From positions 450-64,449 of the forward strand of contig CAZAJO010000010.1 of assembly GCA_964485575.1 (NCBI GenBank): a stretch of 64,000 nucleotides of DNA. Reading direction: 5' to 3'. This document shows positions 1-9,378 of this stretch, piece after piece. Position 1 is the first letter of the stretch. Every line of letters starts with the position of its first letter. This DNA comes from an uncultured Gammaproteobacteria bacterium (GTDB lineage Bacteria; Patescibacteriota; Microgenomatia; Levybacterales; GWA1-39-11). The notes beneath the pieces were generated by a model, which saw only the letters and a list, made by a program, of their open reading frames with translations, made no database searches and was not told the origin of the DNA. The translations under genes were made by a program, and so were the position numbers.

Positions 1-263
1 GTTCCACCTTGGATAAGGTTGAGCGCTTCAAGCTCTTTTTCTAAATCTTCAATGGATTTGTGAGTCTCTTTTTCCTGCTCTATTGTTTCGAAGATATCTA
101 TTTCTTTTTTAAGGAGTTGATCATACAAATAATCAAGCTCTTCTAAGAAGTGTTCTGGTTTTGGAAATTTTTGAAGAATTTCTTCTTGGGTAATGTACCC
201 TTTTTTCTTTGCTGAGGCTAGAAGCTCCTCAATGTGTTCGTTTTTAACAGCACCTACTCGCAT
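1..263 (-). CDS. rpoD: RNA polymerase primary sigma factor, N-terminal region 1.1 (runs off window)
   Basis: Hand translation MRVGAVKNEHIEELLASAKKKGYITQEEILQKFP...; the KKGYIT..EI motif of sigma70 region 1.1; lies downstream of dnaG. Confidence 0.85.
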   Translation of the reverse strand, partial: MRVGAVKNEHIEELLASAKKKGYITQEEILQKFPKPEHFLEELDYLYDQLLKKEIDIFETIEQEKETHKSIEDLEKELEALNLIQGG

Positions 264-349
264 AATGTTGTACTTAAACGTAGAAAAATGCTAATTCCCG
301 AAGGAAAAAGCTACCACGTGAAAGAATGAACCTTATTATACCTCAAAAT

Positions 350-376
350 GGATCCCGAATCAAGTCCGGGATGACA
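350..376. repeat. REP-like palindrome GGATCCCGAATCAAGTCCGGGATGACA
   Basis: ATCCCG...CGGGAT stem with a GAC tail, between dnaG and rpoD; single copy seen. Confidence 0.55.
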
Positions 377-388
377 AAATGCATATTG

Positions 389-2149
389 TCACTTGAAGCG
401 GGAGGCAAGATTGTTGAACTCAACCCGAAGGGCTTGCAGGCCCTCCTCATCCTCTTTCTTTTCGGCTATTTTCATCTCGTCTGATAATTCCGAAAGACGT
501 TCTTTGATAAGTCCTTGCTTTAAAATTTTTGCAGTTTTTTCTATCTCATGGGTATAACTCTCATCAGTTGGAAGATTTGGAATAGGATTTAGGAAATACA
601 GATCAAAAATTGGGATAAATTCTTCAGGTAATAATTTGGTGATTTCTGCTACATTGAGCTCTTCATTAGTCATAAAAAATTGCTTGAGAACCTTATAAAT
701 CTCCTTTACTGCAGGAGTTTTAGGCTCAACTGCTTCTAAAATACTAGCAATAATTGTAATTGACTCTTTTGGACGAGGCGACTGGAGGGCTAGAGTTAAA
801 AGATGATTTTCAAGCATTTCCTGTCGTGAAAGTCTGTTGACAGAAAGAACGGGAGCCTCTACTTTTGGCTGAGGAGCTCTTGTTCTCTCAGCTTCTTTAA
901 CTACTGACTCATATGAAGTATCGAGAAGATCTGCAAGCTTTTTGAGATAATGCTCTTTAACAATTTCATTATCTATATCCGTAATAAAAGAAAGGGTTCT
1001 TGAAAGAATGTGCTCTTTCCCCTCAACTGAACCAGGGTCTTGTGTCTGAACTGAACTTTGAAGTATAAAGTCATAAATATTGATTTCATTTTTCAACGCT
1101 TTTTTAAAAAGTGTAGGGTTTTCTCTTAAAATCTCATCAGCATCTTTCCCTTCAGGAGGGATTACAACACTTGCTCCTATTCCTTCATGGGTAATAAGAG
1201 CAATTGATCTTCGTTGCGCCTCAGTGCCTGCAGAATCCGTGTCAAAGCAAAAGACTATTTTTTGCGCAAAACGTTTTAAAAGTCGTACCTGATTTTCCGT
1301 AAGAGCTGTTCCTTTGATAGCAATAGCGTTTGTTATCCCCTCTTTATATGCAGTTATGGCATCAAATTCCCCTTCCATAAGAAGAACTTTTTTTTCTTTT
1401 TTGATACTGTCTTTCGCCTGAAAAAGTCCAAATACCGTGTCACCCTTTATGTATACTGGTGTCTCTTTCGTGTTTATGTATTTTGGAATAGCATCATCAG
1501 TCAGTCCCCGTCCAGAAAAAGCTACAATATTTCCCCGAGAGTCTTGGATAGGAAACATGAGTCTATTTTGGAAAAAATCGTAGAGCCTGCCACCTCGTAA
1601 CGTGGCTACACCAGCCTCAATCAACTCATCAGACTTATACCCCTTTTTCTTTTGGAGATAATTACAAAGGGCGTTCCCTTGCCGGGGAGCATATCCCACC
1701 CCATAAGTTGAGATGAGTGCTTCAGTCAACCCTCTCGTGTCAGTGACATATTTGAGAGCATTTTTCCCAGAGGCGTGATCAGTCAGTAGATAGTGATAAA
1801 ACTGTGAAGTGAGGTGATTTATTTCATAGATTCTTGTCTTTTTTTCGTCTTGTTTTGTCTTAAAGACCGTTTTGTGAAGCTTTACATCCGCACGTTCTGC
1901 GAGTAATTTTAAAGCTTCTGAGAAATCCATCCTTTCGTATTCTTCAACAAATGTGAATATGTCCCCACCCTTCGCGCACCCAAAGCAGTGCCAGATCTGT
2001 CTTTCCGGAGATATCACAAATGAAGGAGATTTTTCGTTATGAAATGGACAATTTGCTTTGAAATTGCGACCTGCTCTTTTTATAGGAATATATGAGGCAA
2101 TAAGGTCAGCTACATCAACTTTTCTTTTTATTAGATCAACATCATCCAT
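389..2149 (-). CDS. dnaG: DNA primase
   Basis: CPFHxEKSPSF...WHCFGC zinc finger, KYINT, EGEFD and CFDTD TOPRIM motifs; start taken at MDDVD. Confidence 0.97.
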   Translation of the reverse strand: MDDVDLIKRKVDVADLIASYIPIKRAGRNFKANCPFHNEKSPSFVISPERQIWHCFGCAKGGDIFTFVEEYERMDFSEALKLLAERADVKLHKTVFKTKQDEKKTRIYEINHLTSQFYHYLLTDHASGKNALKYVTDTRGLTEALISTYGVGYAPRQGNALCNYLQKKKGYKSDELIEAGVATLRGGRLYDFFQNRLMFPIQDSRGNIVAFSGRGLTDDAIPKYINTKETPVYIKGDTVFGLFQAKDSIKKEKKVLLMEGEFDAITAYKEGITNAIAIKGTALTENQVRLLKRFAQKIVFCFDTDSAGTEAQRRSIALITHEGIGASVVIPPEGKDADEILRENPTLFKKALKNEINIYDFILQSSVQTQDPGSVEGKEHILSRTLSFITDIDNEIVKEHYLKKLADLLDTSYESVVKEAERTRAPQPKVEAPVLSVNRLSRQEMLENHLLTLALQSPRPKESITIIASILEAVEPKTPAVKEIYKVLKQFFMTNEELNVAEITKLLPEEFIPIFDLYFLNPIPNLPTDESYTHEIEKTAKILKQGLIKERLSELSDEMKIAEKKEDEEGLQALRVEFNNLASRFK

Positions 2150-2184
2150 CGTGCCCCAATTGTAGCACATGATATACTCTGATC

Positions 2185-2586
2185 ATGGCTGGTTACTCCT
2201 CAAAATCATTGAGAGATAAGCTTGGGATAAAGTCAGGATCTTCTGTTGTTTTTCTTTACGCGCCTCTCTCTTATATAGTAAGTCTTGGGGACATTGATGA
2301 CTGTGAAATTTTTCCGATGGTAAGAAAAGATCATGATTTTATCCATATTTTTGTGAAAGAAAAAGAAATTCTAGAGGAAGAAATTAAAAAACTCATGATG
2401 GGAATAAAACCAAATGGTGCGATTTGGGTCAGTTGGCCAAAAGCCTCATCTGGTATTAAAACCACCATGAATGAAAATGTGATTCGTGAAGTTTGTTTAC
2501 CATTGGGACTTGTTGATGTAAAAGTTGCCGCAATTGATGAGACCTGGTCTGGATTAAAATTAGTAATTCGTAAAGAAAATCGTTAG
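2185..2586 (+). CDS. DUF3052-like protein
   Basis: MAGYS..L..KLGIK, GAIWVSWPK, GLVDVKVAAID.TWSGLKLV. Confidence 0.75.
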   Translation: MAGYSSKSLRDKLGIKSGSSVVFLYAPLSYIVSLGDIDDCEIFPMVRKDHDFIHIFVKEKEILEEEIKKLMMGIKPNGAIWVSWPKASSGIKTTMNENVIREVCLPLGLVDVKVAAIDETWSGLKLVIRKENR

Positions 2587-3182
2587 GTGGTGTTTTCGAA
2601 TGAAGGAATAAATTTGTCTTTAGCAACAATAGTCGCTTCAATCTGAGAAATTTTTTCAATATCAAAAGGCAAAACAACTCCGTCCAACTCACTTAAAAGC
2701 CATGATTCCCTTCCATCAAACCTGTCTTCTAAGTCTCCTTCATCCAATTCTTCAACGCAATCTAATTCGAAAAATTCTCCTCCTAGCTTTAGTCTTAATT
2801 TATGGTCTCTCAGAGTGTCATATTCCATCCTTGTTTCAAGAACAGCTAGAGCCGCTATCGTTAGGGGAGTTTTTCTACACACCCATTCACTACGAGTCAA
2901 AAGATCATATTCTACTGACGGAGTTCCTAGAGGAGTCTCAAAACCATATCTAAAATTAGGTTGATACATATCCTCTTCAACAACAAGAGCTAGAGAAAAA
3001 GTGGCTCCCTCAATGGTAATTTCTCTAAAATCAGAGTAGTAAACAGAGTTTAAGTAGTCGATCCTGTCTTTAGGAGAGGTAAGACTTCCTAGTCCTTCAA
3101 ATGGCTTAAAGGTTTGACCCACTTCCACACTAAGTGGGGCTTCTGGATTTGTTTTGGAACCTACTTCCGGTCGCTCTGGCAT
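2583..3182 (-). CDS. hypothetical acidic protein
   Basis: Long ORF with no recognised motif; probable start MPERPE, downstream of a TATAAT. Confidence 0.55.
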   Translation of the reverse strand: MPERPEVGSKTNPEAPLSVEVGQTFKPFEGLGSLTSPKDRIDYLNSVYYSDFREITIEGATFSLALVVEEDMYQPNFRYGFETPLGTPSVEYDLLTRSEWVCRKTPLTIAALAVLETRMEYDTLRDHKLRLKLGGEFFELDCVEELDEGDLEDRFDGRESWLLSELDGVVLPFDIEKISQIEATIVAKDKFIPSFENTT

Positions 3183-3233
3183 GCTCACAGCAGGATTATA
3201 GGTTTCCCTCAAACTAAAGTCAAATTGTAGCTA

Positions 3234-3261
3234 TATACAATATACGAAATACAATATACTA
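3234..3261 (+). repeat. heptamer tandem repeat (TATACAA TATACGA AATACAA TATACTA)
   Basis: Four degenerate 7-mers; the last contains a TATACT -10 box. Confidence 0.6.
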
Positions 3262-3266
3262 AATTC

Positions 3267-4787
3267 ATGGTCAGTAAAGTTTTATCAGCAACAGTTGTTG
3301 GTCTTGATGGTGTTTTGATTGAGGTCGAGACAGATATTTTAAATGGCCTTCCTGCTTTTAAGATAGTAGGACTTCCCGACAAAGCAGTTGAGGAGTCGAA
3401 AGAAAGGGTTTGCTCGGCCATCAAAAATAGTGGTGCTGATTTTCCGACAAAAAAAGTAACCGTCAATCTTGCGCCAGGTGATCTCCCCAAAGAAGGTCCG
3501 ACCTTTGACCTGCCAATTGCGGTTTCAATACTCCTGTCCTCCGGTCAACTACAGTTTGATTCGAGTAGCTCTCTTTTTGTTGGAGAGCTTTCCCTAAATG
3601 GGGAATTGAGGCTGTCAAAAGGAATTTTGCCTATCGTTTTGGCTGCTAAAGAGAAGAAAATTCATAATATCTACATTCCAAGTGCCAATAAAAGAGAGGC
3701 AGAAGTTGTTTCTGGTATTTCAATTTATCCAATCAAAAACCTCAAAGAACTATTCAATCATTTAGTCGGAAACAAAATCCTTGAGCCACTTCTTCCTATT
3801 CAGTTTGATGCCGACCAAGATGGGATCGAATACGATTTTGACATGAAAGATATCAAGGGGCAGGCATACGTTAAACGTGCAGTTGAAGTTGCTGTTGCCG
3901 GCGGGCACAACATCTTACTGAAAGGTCCACCCGGAGCGGGAAAGACACTTATTGCCAAGACAATCCCCTCAATTCTTCCTCCTCTATCATTTGACGAAGC
4001 GCTTGAGGTCACCAAAATATACAGTATCTCAGGTCTTTTGCAGGGAAAATCCATCTTAAGATCCAGACCATTCAGAAGTCCTCATCATACAACCTCCCAC
4101 ATTGGCCTTGTTGGTGGGAGCGCAAATCCAAAACCAGGTGAAATATCCCTTGCTCATAGAGGAGTACTCTTTCTCGATGAATTACCTGAATTTTCAAGAT
4201 ATGTGCTTGAAGCGCTTCGCCAACCACTAGAGGATGGAATCGTTAGTATTTCAAGAGCACGGGAGCGGGTCGTTTTCCCTTCCCGTTTTATGCTTGTTGC
4301 AGCTGCAAACCCATGCCCTTGTGGATTTTTTGGAGACAACACAAAAGTTTGCACCTGTTCGGCCGGTCAGGTACTCAAATATCAAAAAAAATTATCCGGC
4401 CCACTACTTGATAGGATAGATATCCATATCGACGTTCCAGCTGTTAAAGTAGAAAAACTCGTAGACGACACGAATGACTATGAGGATTCTGAAAAAATAA
4501 GGGTAAGAGTTGTTAAGGCGGTTGAGCTTCAGCGTAAGCGTTTTGTTAATAAAAAGACTATAATGAACAGCGAAATGTCATCGAAGGATTTGAAAGAATT
4601 GTTAATATTAAAAGAAAGTGCAAAGGAAATTATGAAAAATGCGATGAGAACACTCTCTCTATCTGCCCGCTCATTTAACAAAGTGCTTAAGGTTTCTCGG
4701 ACGATAGCTGACCTTGAAGGAAGTAAAGAGGTCGACTCAGCTCACATATTAGAAGCATTGCAATACCGCCCAAAAACCATCGACTAA
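3267..4787 (+). CDS. comM: YifB/ComM Mg-chelatase-like AAA+ ATPase (competence helicase)
   Basis: IVGLPD..V.ES.ERV, GPPGAGKT, RPFRSPHH, PGEISLAH.GVLFLDE, NPCPCG, SGPLLDRID. Confidence 0.93.
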   Translation: MVSKVLSATVVGLDGVLIEVETDILNGLPAFKIVGLPDKAVEESKERVCSAIKNSGADFPTKKVTVNLAPGDLPKEGPTFDLPIAVSILLSSGQLQFDSSSSLFVGELSLNGELRLSKGILPIVLAAKEKKIHNIYIPSANKREAEVVSGISIYPIKNLKELFNHLVGNKILEPLLPIQFDADQDGIEYDFDMKDIKGQAYVKRAVEVAVAGGHNILLKGPPGAGKTLIAKTIPSILPPLSFDEALEVTKIYSISGLLQGKSILRSRPFRSPHHTTSHIGLVGGSANPKPGEISLAHRGVLFLDELPEFSRYVLEALRQPLEDGIVSISRARERVVFPSRFMLVAAANPCPCGFFGDNTKVCTCSAGQVLKYQKKLSGPLLDRIDIHIDVPAVKVEKLVDDTNDYEDSEKIRVRVVKAVELQRKRFVNKKTIMNSEMSSKDLKELLILKESAKEIMKNAMRTLSLSARSFNKVLKVSRTIADLEGSKEVDSAHILEALQYRPKTID

Positions 4788-4788
4788 T

Positions 4789-5646
4789 ATGAGAAAGACA
4801 GCAATATTTCTTTTCTATTCATTTTTTCTTCTTATCCTGGGAAGAAATCTCCTTTTTATCCCTGTTGTGAAGTTGGGAGGGACTCAAAAAGCAAAAGATA
4901 TTGAAGTGATACGTCAGGACGTTGCGGATCTTCTCAAGAATAAAAAAGGAGAATTTAACGTCTGCTATACGGATCTTACTACTGATGAGTCTTTTGGTAT
5001 TCATCCAGATACAGTTCTTACTGGAGCATCTATGAACAAGTTGCCAGTTGTTGGTTATCTCTATTCTTTAGCAGGGAAAAAAGAAATCGATCTTCAAGAA
5101 ACTGTCGTTATCCAAAAATCAGACATTCAAGACTACGGAACTGGTGTCATTCGTTACGAAGAGCCTGGAAAAACATATACTCTCCAATATCTCGCCCAAC
5201 TTGCTCTTCAAAAATCAGACAACACCGCGGCACATGTCCTTAATATCAGGCTTGGGGAAGACAATATACAGGCATATGCATACAGACTTGGGATGAGTGC
5301 TACTAACATGGTAGAAAACGACACGTCGTGCAGAGATATCCAAACCTTTTTTAAGATGCTATATACCAATAAAATCTCTACCCCCGCACTTACAAAGGAA
5401 TTGATGGGATATATGGAAAACACAGATTTTGAGGATAGAATCCCACGACTTCTGCCGCGGGGACTTCATGTCTATCACAAAACCGGAGATGGAATAAATT
5501 TTATTCATGATGGAGGAATAGTCTCAAACGGAAAGACCCCATTTATTTTAGTAGTCACATCTAGCAATCTTTCCGATGGGGATGAGGCAAAAGAGACTAT
5601 AGCTAAAATTGCCGAAACCATCTACACAGACCGCGGCAATAAATAA
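4789..5646 (+). CDS. serine hydrolase, class A beta-lactamase-like fold
   Basis: N-terminal TM helix; SxxK (SMNK), SDN and HKTG motifs. Confidence 0.85.
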   Translation: MRKTAIFLFYSFFLLILGRNLLFIPVVKLGGTQKAKDIEVIRQDVADLLKNKKGEFNVCYTDLTTDESFGIHPDTVLTGASMNKLPVVGYLYSLAGKKEIDLQETVVIQKSDIQDYGTGVIRYEEPGKTYTLQYLAQLALQKSDNTAAHVLNIRLGEDNIQAYAYRLGMSATNMVENDTSCRDIQTFFKMLYTNKISTPALTKELMGYMENTDFEDRIPRLLPRGLHVYHKTGDGINFIHDGGIVSNGKTPFILVVTSSNLSDGDEAKETIAKIAETIYTDRGNK

Positions 5647-5678
5647 TTCTCACATAACTGTTATTCTTTCTTGAAGAA

Positions 5679-5702
5679 AACATCTTCCTTCGGGAAGATG
5701 TT
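5679..5702 (+). terminator. perfect hairpin AACATCTTCC-TTCG-GGAAGATGTT
   Basis: 10-bp stem with a cUUCGg loop after the serine hydrolase stop, just upstream of TATAAT (5704-5709). Confidence 0.55.
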
Positions 5703-5703
5703 A

Positions 5704-5815
5704 TATAATACCTTTGAGTTGTGTTTTCGCACCTCAAAAGAGCTTTTAAGGATGCGGAAACGCTCCTTGAAAACCTGCAAACACTCAGCACACCCACCAA
5801 GGAAGGAAGTCATTC
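5704..5815 (+). promoter_or_regulatory. -10 box and structured 5' leader with SD-like GGAAGGA
   Basis: TATAAT, two hairpins, closing-stem arm at 5775-5786, purine-rich site at 5799-5808. Confidence 0.6.
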
Positions 5816-6973
5816 GTGAAAGCCCGTTCAAGAAAGTCTATTCCATCGGTCGTGATGCTCTCCTTCGCTCTTGTCATGCTCGTTCTCACCCTCGTAAGGG
5901 TGGACGATCCGGCAAGTGCCGAAGGACCATCCGGGAGTCAGGCGTCTCTTGGCGCCTCACTTCCCTACCACCGGTATGCCGCATTCGTTGCTGCTGACAG
6001 TGCTTCTGGATGCACTCAGGTCCAGGCGCAATCAGCAAGCATCATTGCAGCGGATCAGGTGTCTGTAAGCGCTATCGCTCAAGACCCATTGGTCGCAGAC
6101 CAGCTCGTTGCCGACGGCAAGAACGTCGGAATCGGGATGGTCGTTGGCCTCAACGAAGACTGGGTTAATGCCTGGTCAAAGGTGTACGGAAGTACTCAAG
6201 TACAAGCTGTTGCAGCTGCCCTTACGGGATGTGCGACACCAACTCCGGCACCAACCACAACCACGCCGACACCCTCATCAACTGCTACCGGTACTCTCAC
6301 TCCGACGGCGACCGGAACAGGAACGGCCACGCCATCTCAAACGGCGACAAAGACTGGAACCGCAGTTCCGTCTCCGAGTCCGAGCGTAACTTCTACGGGG
6401 ACGGTGCCTCCGTCGGCAACTGCCACTTCGACCGGAACGGCTACGGCAACATCAACGAGTACCTCAACACCGGTGCCCGGGGTTTCGCCAAGTCCGACCC
6501 AGACTAAGACCTCGACGCCAACGCCGAGTCCAAGTCCAAGCGCTACGCCAACCAGCACGCCTACGCCACCCCCCGTTTCGTGTACACACACACCGGGGAC
6601 GACGTTCACAGCGACAAACGGTGACTCTCTGACGGTCACGTATCTGATCTTGTGCCCTCCGGACGTTGAGCACTTCGATCTGAGTACTCCAGACGTCGTG
6701 GCGGGCGCGACAATCTTGATCACGATGGATCGGTCAGAATATCCGCGAAACGGAAACCCAACACAAATGACGCAGGATACGTCCTGCGCTACTGCCGGAA
6801 AGTGCTGGGATTTCGTTTTTACTGCTCAGCCTGACGCTCCGTGTGCGCAGGACCCAACCTGTACAGCGGCCCCAGTGCCTGACACCACCAAAAAGAGGTT
6901 CAATGTCGACATACTGATAACGACCCTCACGGGTGGGACGAGGTCCTTCGCGATCAGGTGGACCAATTCCTAG
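5816..6973 (+). CDS. GC-rich secreted Thr/Pro/Ser-rich orphan protein
   Basis: Signal peptide, long T/P/S linker, Cys-containing C-terminal domain; GTG start. Confidence 0.8.
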   Translation: MKARSRKSIPSVVMLSFALVMLVLTLVRVDDPASAEGPSGSQASLGASLPYHRYAAFVAADSASGCTQVQAQSASIIAADQVSVSAIAQDPLVADQLVADGKNVGIGMVVGLNEDWVNAWSKVYGSTQVQAVAAALTGCATPTPAPTTTTPTPSSTATGTLTPTATGTGTATPSQTATKTGTAVPSPSPSVTSTGTVPPSATATSTGTATATSTSTSTPVPGVSPSPTQTKTSTPTPSPSPSATPTSTPTPPPVSCTHTPGTTFTATNGDSLTVTYLILCPPDVEHFDLSTPDVVAGATILITMDRSEYPRNGNPTQMTQDTSCATAGKCWDFVFTAQPDAPCAQDPTCTAAPVPDTTKKRFNVDILITTLTGGTRSFAIRWTNS

Positions 6974-6990
6974 AGTGTTTGCAGTCTAAA

Positions 6991-7020
6991 GGTGTCGAGG
7001 GGGTAACTCCCCTCGGCACC
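6991..7020 (+). terminator. GC-rich 3' hairpin without U-tract
   Basis: GGTGTCGAGGGG / CCCCTCGGCACC, between convergent genes. Confidence 0.7.
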
Positions 7021-7025
7021 CCGAC

Positions 7026-7667
7026 TCATTTGATGAGTGAGGTCAATTTATTGAATTCTTCAGAAATATCATCAGCCTCATAAAGAGTGCTTGTTGTTAC
7101 AAATCTACTAGCTCCAGCTTTTTTTGCCTCGATAATTGTAGTCTCATTTATTCCCCCATCAACTTCTATCGTTAGGTAGGGATATCTTTCCTTAATTTCT
7201 CTTACTTTATCAAGCCTCTCAGGTTGGAATTCTTGTCCAGAGAAACCAGCGTTAATTGTCATTATAAGTAAACAATCTAAATCGTTAAGATTTATGTTAT
7301 CCAAGACATCAAGTCCCGTTTGGCCATCTATTGCAAGACCCACCTCCCCAAGTAATTGTCCCTGGGCAACAAACTCAATAGGGTCAGGCATTTTTTCTAT
7401 CTGACCAATAAATCTTCTAAATCCTGCATCTGCCCACTCTTTTAAGTATTGAAGAGGATTTTCGACCATTAAGTGAACTTCAAAAAGAGTTTCTTTTGTA
7501 AACTCTGAAAATTTAGAAGCATCTGAAAAAGTAGTATTTGGAGCAAATTTTCCATCTAAAACGTCGATATGGACAGATTTTGCGAAGGGTTTTATACGGC
7601 TTAGTCTTTGTTCAATTTCTTCCCAATTTTTATTTTCAGTACCAGGACTTGGGATTACTTCATTCAT
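7026..7667 (-). CDS. rpe: ribulose-phosphate 3-epimerase
   Basis: HIDVLDG.F.PN.T, EVHLMV, GFSGQ, IEVDGGIN. Confidence 0.9.
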   Translation of the reverse strand: MNEVIPSPGTENKNWEEIEQRLSRIKPFAKSVHIDVLDGKFAPNTTFSDASKFSEFTKETLFEVHLMVENPLQYLKEWADAGFRRFIGQIEKMPDPIEFVAQGQLLGEVGLAIDGQTGLDVLDNINLNDLDCLLIMTINAGFSGQEFQPERLDKVREIKERYPYLTIEVDGGINETTIIEAKKAGASRFVTTSTLYEADDISEEFNKLTSLIK

Positions 7668-8163
7668 GATCTTCTATTTGGGAAATTTTTCTGATGCGTC
7701 TGATATGTCTTTCATCATTAGAGAATGGTGCTTCTAACCACTGCTTGATGGCATGAAGAGCGTCTTCTTCGCTTAGGATATTTGCGCCGATAGACAAAAC
7801 ATTCGCATCATTATGCTCACGGGTTAACCTGATCATCTCAAAAGCATCACTACTAGTGCGTCCTGTAACATCAACAGCGTGTGCTGGAATAATAGGGGTA
7901 TAGAAAACTACCGCTCTTACACCTTTAAATTTATTTGCCACAATTGCCTCTCCCTCTCCTGAACTCCCGAAAATGAGGGCTTTGTCTTCCGGATTTCTGG
8001 AGACGTTCTCAGCCGCCTTTTTTATGTAATCTGGGTAATCATCAGTAGGTTCAAATTCATATGCTCCGCAATCTTCAATATCATATCCGCTGTCAGTTAA
8101 TGTCTTTTTAACCTTCTCTTTCAGATTGAATCCAGCATGATCTGTTGCTAGGTATATTTTCAT
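7660..8163 (-). CDS. rpiB: ribose-5-phosphate isomerase B
   Basis: DHAGF.LK, DDYPD, REHNDANVL, RH.RRI. Confidence 0.92.
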   Translation of the reverse strand: MKIYLATDHAGFNLKEKVKKTLTDSGYDIEDCGAYEFEPTDDYPDYIKKAAENVSRNPEDKALIFGSSGEGEAIVANKFKGVRAVVFYTPIIPAHAVDVTGRTSSDAFEMIRLTREHNDANVLSIGANILSEEDALHAIKQWLEAPFSNDERHIRRIRKISQIEDHE

Positions 8164-8164
8164 A

Positions 8165-9139
8165 TCATATTTGCTCTGCAATCAATTCTATTTCTGAGTT
8201 TTTTTGCTCCATTTCAGAAAGCTTGAGTTGTCCGGTGTGCGCACCGATATGAGACATCACTCCTAATGAATTAAGTACTCCCCATTTCATACACGTTGAA
8301 ATGTCTTTGCCTAGTATGAATGATGCCAAAAAAGCGGCAGCGTATGCATCCCCTGCTCCAGTTTTTTCATGACCATCAGGCTTTAGGGTTAGTATTTTGT
8401 AAACTTTGTTTTCGTTGTCAACTGCGTAGGCACCTTCTGCACCATCTGTAATTGAAAGAAGATCAAATCCATTATTCTTAAGGTTTAGTAATAGTTCTTT
8501 TTTGTCCTCGATACTATTTCCTGAAAGAGTATTATTTATGATTCTTGCCTCATCCATATTGCAAAAAAGCATTTTTGACTGATGGACAGTTTTGATGAAC
8601 GTTTCATTGATAGACTTCATTTGCTGAGAGCCTGGGGAAAAGGCTACTGGTATATTTGCTGCCTGCGCATACGAAAGAATTTTTTCATAAGCACCTTCCC
8701 AAGTTTTGCCTAACGAAGTGAGAAATATATGAGAAGGTTTTTCTCCAAACTTCCCCTCATCAAAGGAATGATCAAATTCTGGGTGATGAGAAAAAATTGT
8801 TCTATCTTCTGAAAAATCGAAGATGAGAGAAAGAGGTCCGGTTTTTGAGTTGGTGTTCTCATAACAGACAGATATACCTTCATCCGATAATTGTTGGGCA
8901 ATATATTTTGAAAGTGCATCCTCTCCGAGATATGTGTAGAAAAGATTTGGAATAGAAAGTTTTTGAAGTGCTGAGGCAACATTTGGGCCATTTCCACCTA
9001 TAGAAAAAGCCTTGATGTCTATGGGAACTTTGTCACCAAGAGTAAAAGAGGCCTTTTTTCCATCAATTGTGACATGGGGATTATTTTCAAGAGCGACGAT
9101 CACATCAAAAAGTGAGGAACCGATTACCAAAACTTTCAT
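8165..9139 (-). CDS. PfkB family carbohydrate kinase
   Basis: GGNGPNVA and TGAGDAY signatures. Confidence 0.88.
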   Translation of the reverse strand: MKVLVIGSSLFDVIVALENNPHVTIDGKKASFTLGDKVPIDIKAFSIGGNGPNVASALQKLSIPNLFYTYLGEDALSKYIAQQLSDEGISVCYENTNSKTGPLSLIFDFSEDRTIFSHHPEFDHSFDEGKFGEKPSHIFLTSLGKTWEGAYEKILSYAQAANIPVAFSPGSQQMKSINETFIKTVHQSKMLFCNMDEARIINNTLSGNSIEDKKELLLNLKNNGFDLLSITDGAEGAYAVDNENKVYKILTLKPDGHEKTGAGDAYAAAFLASFILGKDISTCMKWGVLNSLGVMSHIGAHTGQLKLSEMEQKNSEIELIAEQI

Positions 9140-9378
9140 ACAAACATTGTATACTTGTGAACTTTAGTAATGCAACTAAAAGTGAATGTTTTTAGAGTAT
9201 TTTGATATGTATTTACTAGTTGCGTAGCGAAGCAACCATTACTATAATACTAATTTAGTAACACAATTCACTGTTATTAAATTAGTATTTATTCATTTTA
9301 TGAATGTAATACTAACGAAAAATATTTAAACAGGTTTCTGCCCTCTGTTGTAATTATTAAAAAACAATTGGAGGGCCT

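Noticed and set aside
4789-5646. Possible beta-lactam resistance gene
   Set aside because: SxxK/SDN/KTG are present but no clear omega-loop Glu166 context is visible; more likely a cell-wall peptidase-like hydrolase.
6108-6723. Several overlapping alternative ORFs within the T/P-rich gene
   Set aside because: Shadows of GC-rich low-complexity coding sequence.
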